A stretch of DNA of 20,000 nucleotides from an uncultured virus (IMG/VR IMGVR_UViG_3300028844_004780) (Duplodnaviria; Heunggongvirae; Uroviricota; Caudoviricetes). The position numbers and the translations under genes are program-made. Below are positions 7,446-15,666 of this stretch, one piece after another (positions within the stretch are counted from its first letter, which is position 1; every line of letters starts with the position of its first letter). Location: IMG/VR virus record IMGVR_UViG_3300028844_004780. One strand, 5' to 3'. Under the pieces are notes generated by a model. The model searched no databases, was not told the DNA's origin, and saw nothing but the letters and a program-made list of their open reading frames with translations.

Positions 7446-7807
7446 AAGGTGAAATGTCTCTACAAGATGCAAACGGGTCTGCTGGACCTGCCACAATTAC
7501 GATAAATCCTTATGGATATCAATCAGTAGGGATAGACAGTCTGTTAGAGCCCACTAGTAAGTGGATAGTCGAAATGTATCGAGGAGACTTACTGGTGGGC
7601 ACGATAGGTTCTGATTCTTCTAACGCCTCTGCCAGCGGAAGAATAGGATTGCCCGATGGTGGGAGTCAATATGGTAATGCTATCTACTGGAGACAGCTAA
7701 TCCCCACTTCCGAAGTCAAATCGGGGGATAGATGGGTGGTTTATGGTTGGGACTCTGCCCCAGAGATTCCTAACTACCCACCAGACAGGGAGTATATAGA
7801 GCCTTGA
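7427..7807 (+). CDS. Hypothetical beta-rich domain; separate gene (ATG 7454) or -1 frameshift extension of the 6660 protein
   Basis: The -1 frame is open from 7400 to 7807 and overlaps the upstream ORF across a C CCT TTT heptamer. Confidence 0.6.
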   Translation: MAVDSIKGEMSLQDANGSAGPATITINPYGYQSVGIDSLLEPTSKWIVEMYRGDLLVGTIGSDSSNASASGRIGLPDGGSQYGNAIYWRQLIPTSEVKSGDRWVVYGWDSAPEIPNYPPDREYIEP

Positions 7808-7811
7808 AGAA

Positions 7812-7819
7812 AATAAATA
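7812..7819 (+). promoter_or_regulatory. Late-promoter variant AATAAATA
   Basis: Intergenic, upstream of the GGAGG SD and ORF 7843. Confidence 0.6.
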
Positions 7820-7842
7820 CATAGACAATAACGGAGGGTAGT

Positions 7843-9213
7843 ATGGTCTTATCTTTTAAAGAATACCTTGTAGAAGGCAGGGGATTTTTCACTGGTCATC
7901 ATGTCGGAGACGGCGTGATGTTCATAGAGGGTCCTTATGCTGGAAAAGGCACTTGGACCATTGCATCCCACGATATTCATCCAGATGTTCATGCTGTAGT
8001 CCAGGACTACGTCGAAAAGGGATTTGAAGTTGCGTCCCAGTGGACGGGTCCTGATAAAAGGGTCACAGATGACAATAAAGTCAAGGGTGCCACCAAAGGA
8101 CGAGTAATCGTACTGAATGGTGAACCCAATTTAATAGTGGTCATCTATAGTGGGTCTGCAATGGGTGGAGCCTCCCCAAAGAGGTTCGGTCTACGGTATG
8201 CTACCTCCACCGAGAGCCTGGATTTAAAACCCCAGGCTCTTGGCATTCGTGACCAAGAATATAACATGACAGATCTAGCAAACGCTGTTATTAATACGTT
8301 GTATGACAGATCTGACATTGATAACGCCCTTGCTGGTTATCTTGAACTGATGATCGAATACTATTGGAACAACCAGCCGTCTAATATCGCCCAAGAGATC
8401 AAAGATGAGTACGGGGACATGCTGAGTCAATTCCCCATGGGTCAGATCAAGAAGAACTTCGGAGAGATTGTCGGTCCTTTCGCCATTCTCAACAGTAAGT
8501 CGGATCTTTTCAAGAGCATGAAATTCGGTTCTAGAGACAAGGCATACTTCCCTTTAAGAGGGAATGAACCGCTGGTTGATTTCTATTTGGTCAAGGGCGG
8601 AAAGAGGATTCCGTTCTCTGCCAAGAGCGGAAAGTCCACCACCAACGTCGTCAAGTCTGCTGACATTGTACCAATGATCGATAACAACCCAGATTTCTTG
8701 AAGAAATACGGGGACAGCATCGAAGTGCAGGTTCTAAGAGACTTCCACAACAACACTGGTGTCGACGGACCAATGGTTGCTGCCTTCAACCTCAAGAGAT
8801 CTATAAGAGAATTCAAGAAGATCAGCAACGAAATGCTGAATCACTGGATTTCCAACTCCGCTCGCAAGGGTGCCACTTGGAAGTATGATCCTGAACTATA
8901 TGATGATTTCGTTAAAGCCATTGGAGTCCCCACCAGCGGTCGTAAGAAACCAACCTTCGGTGAAATCCTTTATTACACTGAGACTACCATTTGTAAGGCA
9001 AGTAAGGGTAACAGAGCAATCCTGAACTACTCTGAGATCTTCGACGAGGTAGTCGGTGGTGCGGTGAACTACATCAACTTGCTGAACATTGGTAAGGATG
9101 GACTGCCGCAATGGCACACATCGGAAGGTGGCAATGCAAACGTCATTCTCCGTACCAAGAACGGGACGACCAGAATAGCAGCAGACAAGATTGGACTTCA
9201 GATACTATCATGA
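7843..9213 (+). CDS. Putative PD-(D/E)xK restriction-endonuclease-like protein with CTS-like leader
   Basis: KNFGEIVGP ... GNEPLVDFYL ... PFSAKSG resembles an E...PxxD...SAK nuclease core; N-terminus MVLSFKEYLVE. Confidence 0.55.
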   Translation: MVLSFKEYLVEGRGFFTGHHVGDGVMFIEGPYAGKGTWTIASHDIHPDVHAVVQDYVEKGFEVASQWTGPDKRVTDDNKVKGATKGRVIVLNGEPNLIVVIYSGSAMGGASPKRFGLRYATSTESLDLKPQALGIRDQEYNMTDLANAVINTLYDRSDIDNALAGYLELMIEYYWNNQPSNIAQEIKDEYGDMLSQFPMGQIKKNFGEIVGPFAILNSKSDLFKSMKFGSRDKAYFPLRGNEPLVDFYLVKGGKRIPFSAKSGKSTTNVVKSADIVPMIDNNPDFLKKYGDSIEVQVLRDFHNNTGVDGPMVAAFNLKRSIREFKKISNEMLNHWISNSARKGATWKYDPELYDDFVKAIGVPTSGRKKPTFGEILYYTETTICKASKGNRAILNYSEIFDEVVGGAVNYINLLNIGKDGLPQWHTSEGGNANVILRTKNGTTRIAADKIGLQILS

Positions 9214-9731
9214 AAAATATCAGAGAGTTTATGGCAGAATCTATCGCCAAAAGAGGCGACAAATGGGCAGTCACCAACAAAAAGGGAGACCGAACTCTTG
9301 GTACACACGATTCCAAGAAGGATGCCCTGAAGCAACTGGCGGCTGTTGAAATATCCAAGAAGCAAAGGGGAGAATCCAGTATTCCCTCTTTCAATGAATA
9401 CCTAGCGAAGAATGAAGAGTGCGTCGATTGTGGTTGTGATGATTGCATCGGTACTCTAGAAGAGGCAGAGTACAAAGGAAAGAAAGTGACCCTTAACGAT
9501 CCTTTCAGGACTCCAAATGCTTCCAAAAAATTTGCGGTATATACCAAGAATGAGGCTGGCACCGTGGTCATCGTCAGATTTGGTGACCCTAACATGGAAA
9601 TTAAGAGGGACGACCCAGGCCGTAGGAAAAACTTCCGTGCACGGCATAACTGCGACGACCCTGGACCCAAATGGAAAGCACGTTACTGGTCCTGCTACCA
9701 GTGGCGAGCAGGAGCGGAGGTAGACGACTGA
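9210..9731 (+). CDS. Modular conserved T4-like hypothetical protein
   Basis: ATGA-coupled start MKNIREFMAE; module 1 (KWAV..K.G.R.LGTH...ALKQLAA.E), CxxCxCxxC, module 2 (AEYKGKKV.LN.PFR...RFGDPNM...NFRARHNC...ARYWSC). Confidence 0.8.
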   Translation: MKNIREFMAESIAKRGDKWAVTNKKGDRTLGTHDSKKDALKQLAAVEISKKQRGESSIPSFNEYLAKNEECVDCGCDDCIGTLEEAEYKGKKVTLNDPFRTPNASKKFAVYTKNEAGTVVIVRFGDPNMEIKRDDPGRRKNFRARHNCDDPGPKWKARYWSCYQWRAGAEVDD

Positions 9732-10171
9732 TGAATCTAAGTAACTTAAGAAATATTATTGTTGAAGCAGAGGAAATGGGTCCTATAATCCCCATGCTCA
9801 AAAGATGGAAGCCAGCAGCTGGCTACCCTGGCGGTCCAGAGGGACCGCCATCATACAAATACAATCCGACTATCGTTGATTACGATGGTCCTGGTGGTCT
9901 CACACCTGGATGGCATGATCCTGATGGACCAGGCCCCAAACCTCCCGTACGGGCTAATCCCAAACCCACGGAAGATTACGATGAAGACGGAGTAATTGGA
10001 GACGAAGACGACCAATTATATCACCCAGGCCAAGACCCATGGGTCCCGACGAATACAGGTGAATATGAATTCATGCCTTATGATCCAGGCGACATACACT
10101 ATCCTGGTCCTAACCACGGAGAAGATTTACCATCGCCCGCGAATCCAGGGTGGGGGTGGTGGCCTTTCTAA
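9731..10171 (+). CDS. Pro/Gly/Asp/Trp-rich disordered protein, leader MNLSNLRNIIVE
   Basis: TGATG coupling to the upstream gene; low-complexity body ending GWGWWPF. Confidence 0.75.
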   Translation: MNLSNLRNIIVEAEEMGPIIPMLKRWKPAAGYPGGPEGPPSYKYNPTIVDYDGPGGLTPGWHDPDGPGPKPPVRANPKPTEDYDEDGVIGDEDDQLYHPGQDPWVPTNTGEYEFMPYDPGDIHYPGPNHGEDLPSPANPGWGWWPF

Positions 10172-10449
10172 TGACTGATAACAACGAAGATTTCATGTTC
10201 GGGTTTTCCTTCACGGATTCACCAGAGGTGCCTGCAGAACCAGCAGCACCTTCTTTTGACGTAGAAGAGTATAAAGACCTGATTAGAAAAGACATCGAGG
10301 GCAGACTAGATGATGTCGAAGATCTGATTATCCCTTTGCTGGTTAACCTCAAGGGCGATGCAGAGAAAGACTATATTTACTGGCCTGCCGAAAATCGGAT
10401 TCCCGCATTGGAATCTCAGATCGAGAAAATCAAGGAGATCACCCAATGA
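10171..10449 (+). CDS. Conserved T4-like hypothetical protein
   Basis: TAATG coupling; F.FGFSF N-terminus and IIPLL.NLK...EKDYIYWP motif. Confidence 0.75.
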   Translation: MTDNNEDFMFGFSFTDSPEVPAEPAAPSFDVEEYKDLIRKDIEGRLDDVEDLIIPLLVNLKGDAEKDYIYWPAENRIPALESQIEKIKEITQ

Positions 10450-10760
10450 CATTATCTGATTTAAGAGCAATGGTAGAAGAAATTAAACCAGTACATCCGC
10501 TCACTCCATTCCCTGATTATAATCCTAAGAGGAAGAGGGGTAATCCACAGACTGTACCCAACCCCAAACCGCCGACCACGCCGCCGCCTAAACCGACTAC
10601 TCCAAGACCCCCAGACAGGTTCACTCCGAGTGGGGGTGGCAGACCCGCTAAGGGCGGATATGGCGTCGGTGGTGGAGCTGGTGGAGCTGGCGGTCGCGGC
10701 CCCAAAGGTGTAGGCTTTATCCCCAGCCTTAAGAGATTTAAATATCCAGGACTAAGATAA
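10446..10760 (+). CDS. Basic Pro/Gly-rich disordered protein, leader MTLSDLRAMVEE
   Basis: ATGA/TAATG coupling at both ends; PKPPTTPPPKPTTP and GGGAGGAGGRG tracts. Confidence 0.7.
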   Translation: MTLSDLRAMVEEIKPVHPLTPFPDYNPKRKRGNPQTVPNPKPPTTPPPKPTTPRPPDRFTPSGGGRPAKGGYGVGGGAGGAGGRGPKGVGFIPSLKRFKYPGLR

Positions 10761-11701
10761 TGAAATCATTTAAGCAATACATCTCTGAAGATCAGCAGTT
10801 AGACGAAGGCATCAAAGATAAATTGATGTCAGCACTACTAAAGATTCAACCAGTGGTTAGACTACTGGGCGATGCTAGACTAGCATCCACAGCGGTGGCG
10901 ATTCAGTTACTGGCGATGCCGATCGCAAAGAAGATCTTGGATCGTGCTAATTATGATAGTATTGCTAAAGTGGTAGACCTAGTTGACTTCCTGAGAGACA
11001 ACGTTGCTACTCTGATCAGTCAGAAAGATCATTCCATCGACGAGGTTTACAAGGACTCTGGTCTGGGGGATTGGTTCCACAGTCAGTCTGCGGGTGGAGA
11101 GCCTGGTTGGGACCGTTATAATTCAAAAGGTGAAAAAGCAGGGAAATGTGGCGACTCTAAAGAAGGAGATCCTTATGCAGCATGTTTATCCAAGCAAAAA
11201 GCAGACAAACTCGGCAAGGACGGAATTGCTAGCTTCGTCAGAAGAAAGAGGGAGGCCCAGAAGTCTGCAGGAGACTCGAAAAAGGGCGGAGAAGAGAAGA
11301 AAAGTCAGAAACCCACCTCCGTCGCCACCAAAGCCTCCGAGTCAGCACTGAGAGAGGGAAAGCCCAAGGATATGGGTCAGTTCGTAAAAAACATGAAGAA
11401 GAAGCTCAAAGACTCAGGCGTCGATATGAGCAAAGAAGTTAGTAGAGATAGAGTGCAAGGGATTATTGGATCCACTGCTACCTCTAGACTTGCTGCCAGA
11501 GGGATTATTGACCTCAAGGGCGGGGAGAAGAGAGAGTCGACTATCAACGAGAAAGATAACAAACCCACTGACCCAGCAAAGTGGGAAAAAGCCTTAGACA
11601 AGGCAAGAAACAAGTTCGATGTATTCCCCTCTGCATACGCCAGTGCTTACGCATCTAAGGAGTATAAGAAGATGGGTGGAGGCTGGAAGAGCACTAAATA
11701 A
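10760..11701 (+). CDS. Modular basic protein, leader MKSFKQYISE, with conserved viral modules
   Basis: GL.DWF...GW....CG...YAACLS...RRKR module and a C-terminal PT.P..W...KF..FPSAYA....K.YKK.GG.W module seen in T4-like and other large viruses. Confidence 0.8.
   Translation: MKSFKQYISEDQQLDEGIKDKLMSALLKIQPVVRLLGDARLASTAVAIQLLAMPIAKKILDRANYDSIAKVVDLVDFLRDNVATLISQKDHSIDEVYKDSGLGDWFHSQSAGGEPGWDRYNSKGEKAGKCGDSKEGDPYAACLSKQKADKLGKDGIASFVRRKREAQKSAGDSKKGGEEKKSQKPTSVATKASESALREGKPKDMGQFVKNMKKKLKDSGVDMSKEVSRDRVQGIIGSTATSRLAARGIIDLKGGEKRESTINEKDNKPTDPAKWEKALDKARNKFDVFPSAYASAYASKEYKKMGGGWKSTK
11693..11700 (+). promoter_or_regulatory. Late-promoter variant ACTAAATA
   Basis: 20 bp upstream of ORF 11720 (GGAGG SD); CTAAATA variants occur in marine T4-like phages. 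Confidence 0.5.
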
Positions 11702-11719
11702 AGCACACACGGAGGAATC

Positions 11720-12574
11720 ATGAAACTTAACGATCTTAGATTAGTATCAATGAATGAATCAGTCATTCTAAATGAAGCAGATTCAATCTGGCCTTGGGAA
11801 AATTTTCCAGATGTCTTTCCCCCTCCAGTAGGATGGCCCCCTGCCACCCCTGGCGCTCCGTTCCATCCTCCTGCTCCTCCTTCCTGGTGGCGAGGCAGTC
11901 CTACAGGTTGGGAAGATTTTTATACCAACCCACAGCTATACCCCCCAGATTTTTGGGACGGATACCCTGGTGCCAACCCGTCAAATCCGAACCCCGTACC
12001 AGGCTTGACTCGTCCCGAAAGGCCAGGCAACCCCTTGGGTCAGCCTGAAATATTAGACCCATATGGACCTCAAGGTCCAGATCCCACTGGACCAAAAGGC
12101 ACAGATGATCTAGCACCATATGCCAACAGAGGCTGGCACGTAGATCCCAATACTGGCGAATGGGTTTATGATCCCTGGAAAGAAGGTGGATATACCCAAG
12201 AAGAGAAGAGATGGTTTGAGCGAGATCCAGGATTTAGAAGCCCCGACACCAGTCCGCCTGGAAGCATCCCAGTTAGGCCCGCAGTTCCCACTGGACCAGG
12301 ATTTTATGGGCCTGGTGGTGAGTGGGTTCCAATGGTTGAAATGCCCCCAGGGCATTACACCCCAGATTTCGACGGTGACGGCATAGGAGATGGTAGACCG
12401 TGGTATACCAACCCCGATCCAACGCTTCTTGAACCTAGACCCGCCGATGGGTGGAATCCTGGCCAGAATCCTGGCCAGAATCCTCACAAACCAGATATTT
12501 CCAGACCTGGTGGTGTCGGCCGCCCGAAACGCGGCGGCGGTAGAAGGTCAGAAATGGAACTGGGAGCACCATAA
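11720..12574 (+). CDS. Pro/Gly/Trp-rich disordered protein, leader MKLNDLR...ILNE, RG-rich tail
   Basis: GGAGG SD; DFDGDGIGD motif; NPGQ repeat; tail GGVGRPKRGGGRR. Confidence 0.8.
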   Translation: MKLNDLRLVSMNESVILNEADSIWPWENFPDVFPPPVGWPPATPGAPFHPPAPPSWWRGSPTGWEDFYTNPQLYPPDFWDGYPGANPSNPNPVPGLTRPERPGNPLGQPEILDPYGPQGPDPTGPKGTDDLAPYANRGWHVDPNTGEWVYDPWKEGGYTQEEKRWFERDPGFRSPDTSPPGSIPVRPAVPTGPGFYGPGGEWVPMVEMPPGHYTPDFDGDGIGDGRPWYTNPDPTLLEPRPADGWNPGQNPGQNPHKPDISRPGGVGRPKRGGGRRSEMELGAP

Positions 12575-13413
12575 TGAAGATCAAAAATCTGAGATATCTC
12601 TCTCGAGAAGATAGACAAACTGCTGATAACGGTTCTCAGCAGTTGTTAACTGAATCCCTCCCTTGGTGGGCGTTGCCTTTGCTTCTTATCGTCCCAGGCT
12701 GGGATGAGGTCATCCTTCCAGGCGCCGACCCGACTGACCCGCTCTTCGACCCGCTCATGCCACAGTGGCTTCAAGACCTACTGTATAAGATGTTCCGCGA
12801 TGGCAACAGCGATGGGATCATCGGCGATGGCATGTTATATGAACCCTGGAGGAATCCATGGGGAGCACCCATCAAGCCCTCGTACGGTGGTGACCCCGTG
12901 TTGTTACCTGATGGTACCAGTCAGGGAGTAGATTACTGGTGGCATTATATTGACCCTGATACAGGAGAATTGTGGGTCTGTCCCTGGGAAACTGGTCCTT
13001 ATGTACCCCATCAAGTCCGCGATCTGTTCGATAGTTACGAGGAATTCCTCGAATGGTATGAAACATTCGATCCAAACGATTGGGACGGAGATGGAATCCC
13101 CAACGAATCCGACGAAGAAGAATTTGAACCGTTCGGGGATAACGATAGCGACGGCGACGGTTTTCCAGATGATATAGATGATGACCCCAATGATCCAAAT
13201 GTCCCAATCGAGGGTGGTCTCCCCGACGACGATGGCGACGGTATTCCAAATCATCTGGACCCAGACTGGGCAGAAGAAAATCCGCTGGTACCAGATCTTT
13301 CAAGACCTCCTGTAGATCCGCTCCCCCCAGGATTTTTGAACCCATGGCCAGGATCTGTCGATTCACCCAAAAATCAACCACCAGCACCCAGAATGCCCCA
13401 ACCAGGGTTATAG
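12574..13413 (+). CDS. Acidic Pro/Asp/Trp-rich protein with DxDGDG (thrombospondin type-3-like) motifs, leader MKIKNLR...LLTE
   Basis: TAATG coupling; DWDGDGIPNESD, DSDGDGFPDDIDDDP, DDDGDGIPNHLDPD. Confidence 0.8.
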   Translation: MKIKNLRYLSREDRQTADNGSQQLLTESLPWWALPLLLIVPGWDEVILPGADPTDPLFDPLMPQWLQDLLYKMFRDGNSDGIIGDGMLYEPWRNPWGAPIKPSYGGDPVLLPDGTSQGVDYWWHYIDPDTGELWVCPWETGPYVPHQVRDLFDSYEEFLEWYETFDPNDWDGDGIPNESDEEEFEPFGDNDSDGDGFPDDIDDDPNDPNVPIEGGLPDDDGDGIPNHLDPDWAEENPLVPDLSRPPVDPLPPGFLNPWPGSVDSPKNQPPAPRMPQPGL

Positions 13414-13422
13414 AGAAAAGAC

Positions 13423-14115
13423 ATGAAATTAAGAAATCTTAGAAACTCATTAAGCGAAGACTACGGGATCCCTAACGACCCGCCCACAAGTTCACCAGGG
13501 AGTCGGCCTGGTGGTAACGAGTGGTGGGGACCAGGGTATTATCCAGCTGGCACCGACGACATGGGTCGGCCTTTATGGCAGTTCTATGACCCAGACCTTT
13601 CTACCCCTATTGGCGACCCTCAAAAGGTTCCCAACGATATGGACCCCAATGAGATGCCATGGAATTATCCCCCGCCATATCCTGATGGCACCATGCCGCT
13701 TGACAATCCTGGATACGGACCTTTCGATGCCCCTGAGGGGTACGGGTGGGTTCCAACTGATGACGGTCGTTGGCAACTAGTTGATGGATATGGGCAGCCC
13801 ATAGGCCCTTCGATAAATCCGATGAACCCTCCCGCACAGTTCCCAGGCTCACCTTGGGATGGGTGGGATTGGGACCAGTTCCCAGACGGTCCAGACCTAC
13901 CAGACCTCCCAGGAGACGGTCCTGGCGACGGAGGGTCACCCGACATCAAACCCCCAGATACATCCGACGATGTCGATATTAGACCAAGGCCGAACTGGTG
14001 GGAGAATCCACCCAAGCCTGGTAGTAAAAATCCCCATTATCCCGCACCAGGTGAGCGAGGCATTCGCGGTGGCCGAGGTGGCGGGGGCAGGAGAGGATTA
14101 AGAGGTGAACTGTAA
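13423..14115 (+). CDS. Pro/Gly/Asp/Trp-rich disordered protein, leader MKLRNLRNSLSE, RGG tail
   Basis: Low-complexity body; tail RGIRGGRGGGGRRGLRGEL. Confidence 0.8.
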   Translation: MKLRNLRNSLSEDYGIPNDPPTSSPGSRPGGNEWWGPGYYPAGTDDMGRPLWQFYDPDLSTPIGDPQKVPNDMDPNEMPWNYPPPYPDGTMPLDNPGYGPFDAPEGYGWVPTDDGRWQLVDGYGQPIGPSINPMNPPAQFPGSPWDGWDWDQFPDGPDLPDLPGDGPGDGGSPDIKPPDTSDDVDIRPRPNWWENPPKPGSKNPHYPAPGERGIRGGRGGGGRRGLRGEL

Positions 14116-14117
14116 AA

Positions 14118-15326
14118 ATGATACTATCGTTCAACAAATTTCTTACCGAGGGTAAGAACACTCACCTAGAACACATTGAAGACGAAATCTTCAATGAAGG
14201 ATCTGCAGGCGTCGAGAATGCTATCAGATTCCTAGATGAAGTGATTAATATGCTCAGTGGAAGCAGCAAGAGTGCCGTTGATCTCACTACCAAGTGGGAC
14301 GGTGCTCCTGCTGTCTTCTGCGGCATTAACCCAGAAAATGGGAAGTTCTTTGTTGGAACGAAGAGTGTATTTAATAAAAGATCCCCCAAGATCAACTACA
14401 CCAATGATGATATTGATGCCAACCATGGCGGGGATCTTGCTAAGAAATTGAAGGCTGCGTTGAGGTTCCTCCCTGAGTTGGGGATCAAGACTGTCCTTCA
14501 AGGCGATCTGATGTTCACTTCTGATTCCACTTTCTCGATGGATGTGGATGGAGAGAAGCAGCTGGCATTCAGACCCAACACCATCACTTATGCCTTCCCA
14601 GAAGATAGTGACAATGCCAAAGAGGTGAAACGTGCTAAATTGGGTGTCGTGTTCCATACCAGATACACTGGTGGGAATATGGATTCCATGAAGGCATCTT
14701 TTGATCCTCAGGTTCGAACTCTCAGAAAGTCCAAGAATGTCTGGTATAGAGATGCAGATTTCAAGGACGAGAGCGGCAATGCTACCATGACCAGTGATGA
14801 GCAGTCTTATGCCGAAGATCTCCTAAATGACATCAAGGCTCAGTTTTCCAATACCTCCACCTTCATTGACGAGGTTACGGGATTTGCTAAATTGATCCCA
14901 ATGGTGAAGATCTACATGAATGACATGGTTAAATCTGGTAGTGTTAGTGGAAGCACTAGAGGCTTAGTCGGGTTTGTCACCCAAAAGTATTCAGAGGCAA
15001 TAGACAGTGTAAAGACCGAAGTGACCAAAGCATCTAAGAGAGCTGAGTTGCAGGAGGTTGTACGGTACCTAAATAGTAATAGAGAATACTTGGACGAAGT
15101 GTTTGAACTGCATGAATCCATTACCGATCTGAAGATCTTCCTCGTTAGGAAGCTGGAGAAGATCGATTCAATTGGTACTTTCATTCAGACTGAGAACGGT
15201 TTGAAGTCCACTGCTCCAGAAGGATTTGTGGCAGTAGATAGAGTTAGCAATAAAGCACTTAAACTAGTCGACAGACTAGAATTCAGTAGGTCGAACTTCA
15301 CAGTAGCAAAGAACTGGGTTAAATAA
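14118..15326 (+). CDS. Conserved T4-like protein with ATP-dependent ligase/nucleotidyltransferase-like motifs
   Basis: KNTHLEHIED, TTKWDGAP (KxDG), QGDLMF, EGFVA, LKLVDRLEFS; leader MILSFNKFLTE. Confidence 0.7.
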   Translation: MILSFNKFLTEGKNTHLEHIEDEIFNEGSAGVENAIRFLDEVINMLSGSSKSAVDLTTKWDGAPAVFCGINPENGKFFVGTKSVFNKRSPKINYTNDDIDANHGGDLAKKLKAALRFLPELGIKTVLQGDLMFTSDSTFSMDVDGEKQLAFRPNTITYAFPEDSDNAKEVKRAKLGVVFHTRYTGGNMDSMKASFDPQVRTLRKSKNVWYRDADFKDESGNATMTSDEQSYAEDLLNDIKAQFSNTSTFIDEVTGFAKLIPMVKIYMNDMVKSGSVSGSTRGLVGFVTQKYSEAIDSVKTEVTKASKRAELQEVVRYLNSNREYLDEVFELHESITDLKIFLVRKLEKIDSIGTFIQTENGLKSTAPEGFVAVDRVSNKALKLVDRLEFSRSNFTVAKNWVK

Positions 15327-15327
15327 C

Positions 15328-15666
15328 ATGAACTATTATAATCAGGTAGTATTAGAGGGGATCATCCATCGAAGGATGCTCAGAGAAGTTGGCGGCGATC
15401 TGGGATTGGATACTTCTGTGGCCACCAACGTTAAACCCAATTCCACATATGCTGGATTCAACCCAGGCGGAGATCTTAGCACAGTAGTCGGTGGAATCGC
15501 AGGAATCGGGGAGGACCCCAGTCCTAGGATTGCCAACTACGGTCAAAGATTCAACAACCGAGCATATAATCAGATGCCTTACCAGTACAGTAGAGCAGAC
15601 TATATGGCAGCATACAGGGCATATATCGCACAAGAAGAAAAAAGACGAAGGAGAATGGGAAGATGA
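15328..15666 (+). CDS. Hypothetical protein, Gly-rich middle and Tyr/Arg-rich basic C-terminus
   Basis: Packed between neighbours (TAAC-ATG, ATGA overlap); TTAAATA at 15319-15325. Confidence 0.65.
   Translation: MNYYNQVVLEGIIHRRMLREVGGDLGLDTSVATNVKPNSTYAGFNPGGDLSTVVGGIAGIGEDPSPRIANYGQRFNNRAYNQMPYQYSRADYMAAYRAYIAQEEKRRRRMGR

Noticed and set aside
9731..14115. RiPP precursor interpretation (shared leader plus variable core)
   Set aside because: Bodies are about 90-270 aa, no modifying enzymes or transporters lie in the window, and the leaders fit the T4 capsid-targeting pattern better
10446..14115. Collagen-like tail fibres
   Set aside because: Rich in Gly and Pro but without sustained Gly-X-Y periodicity
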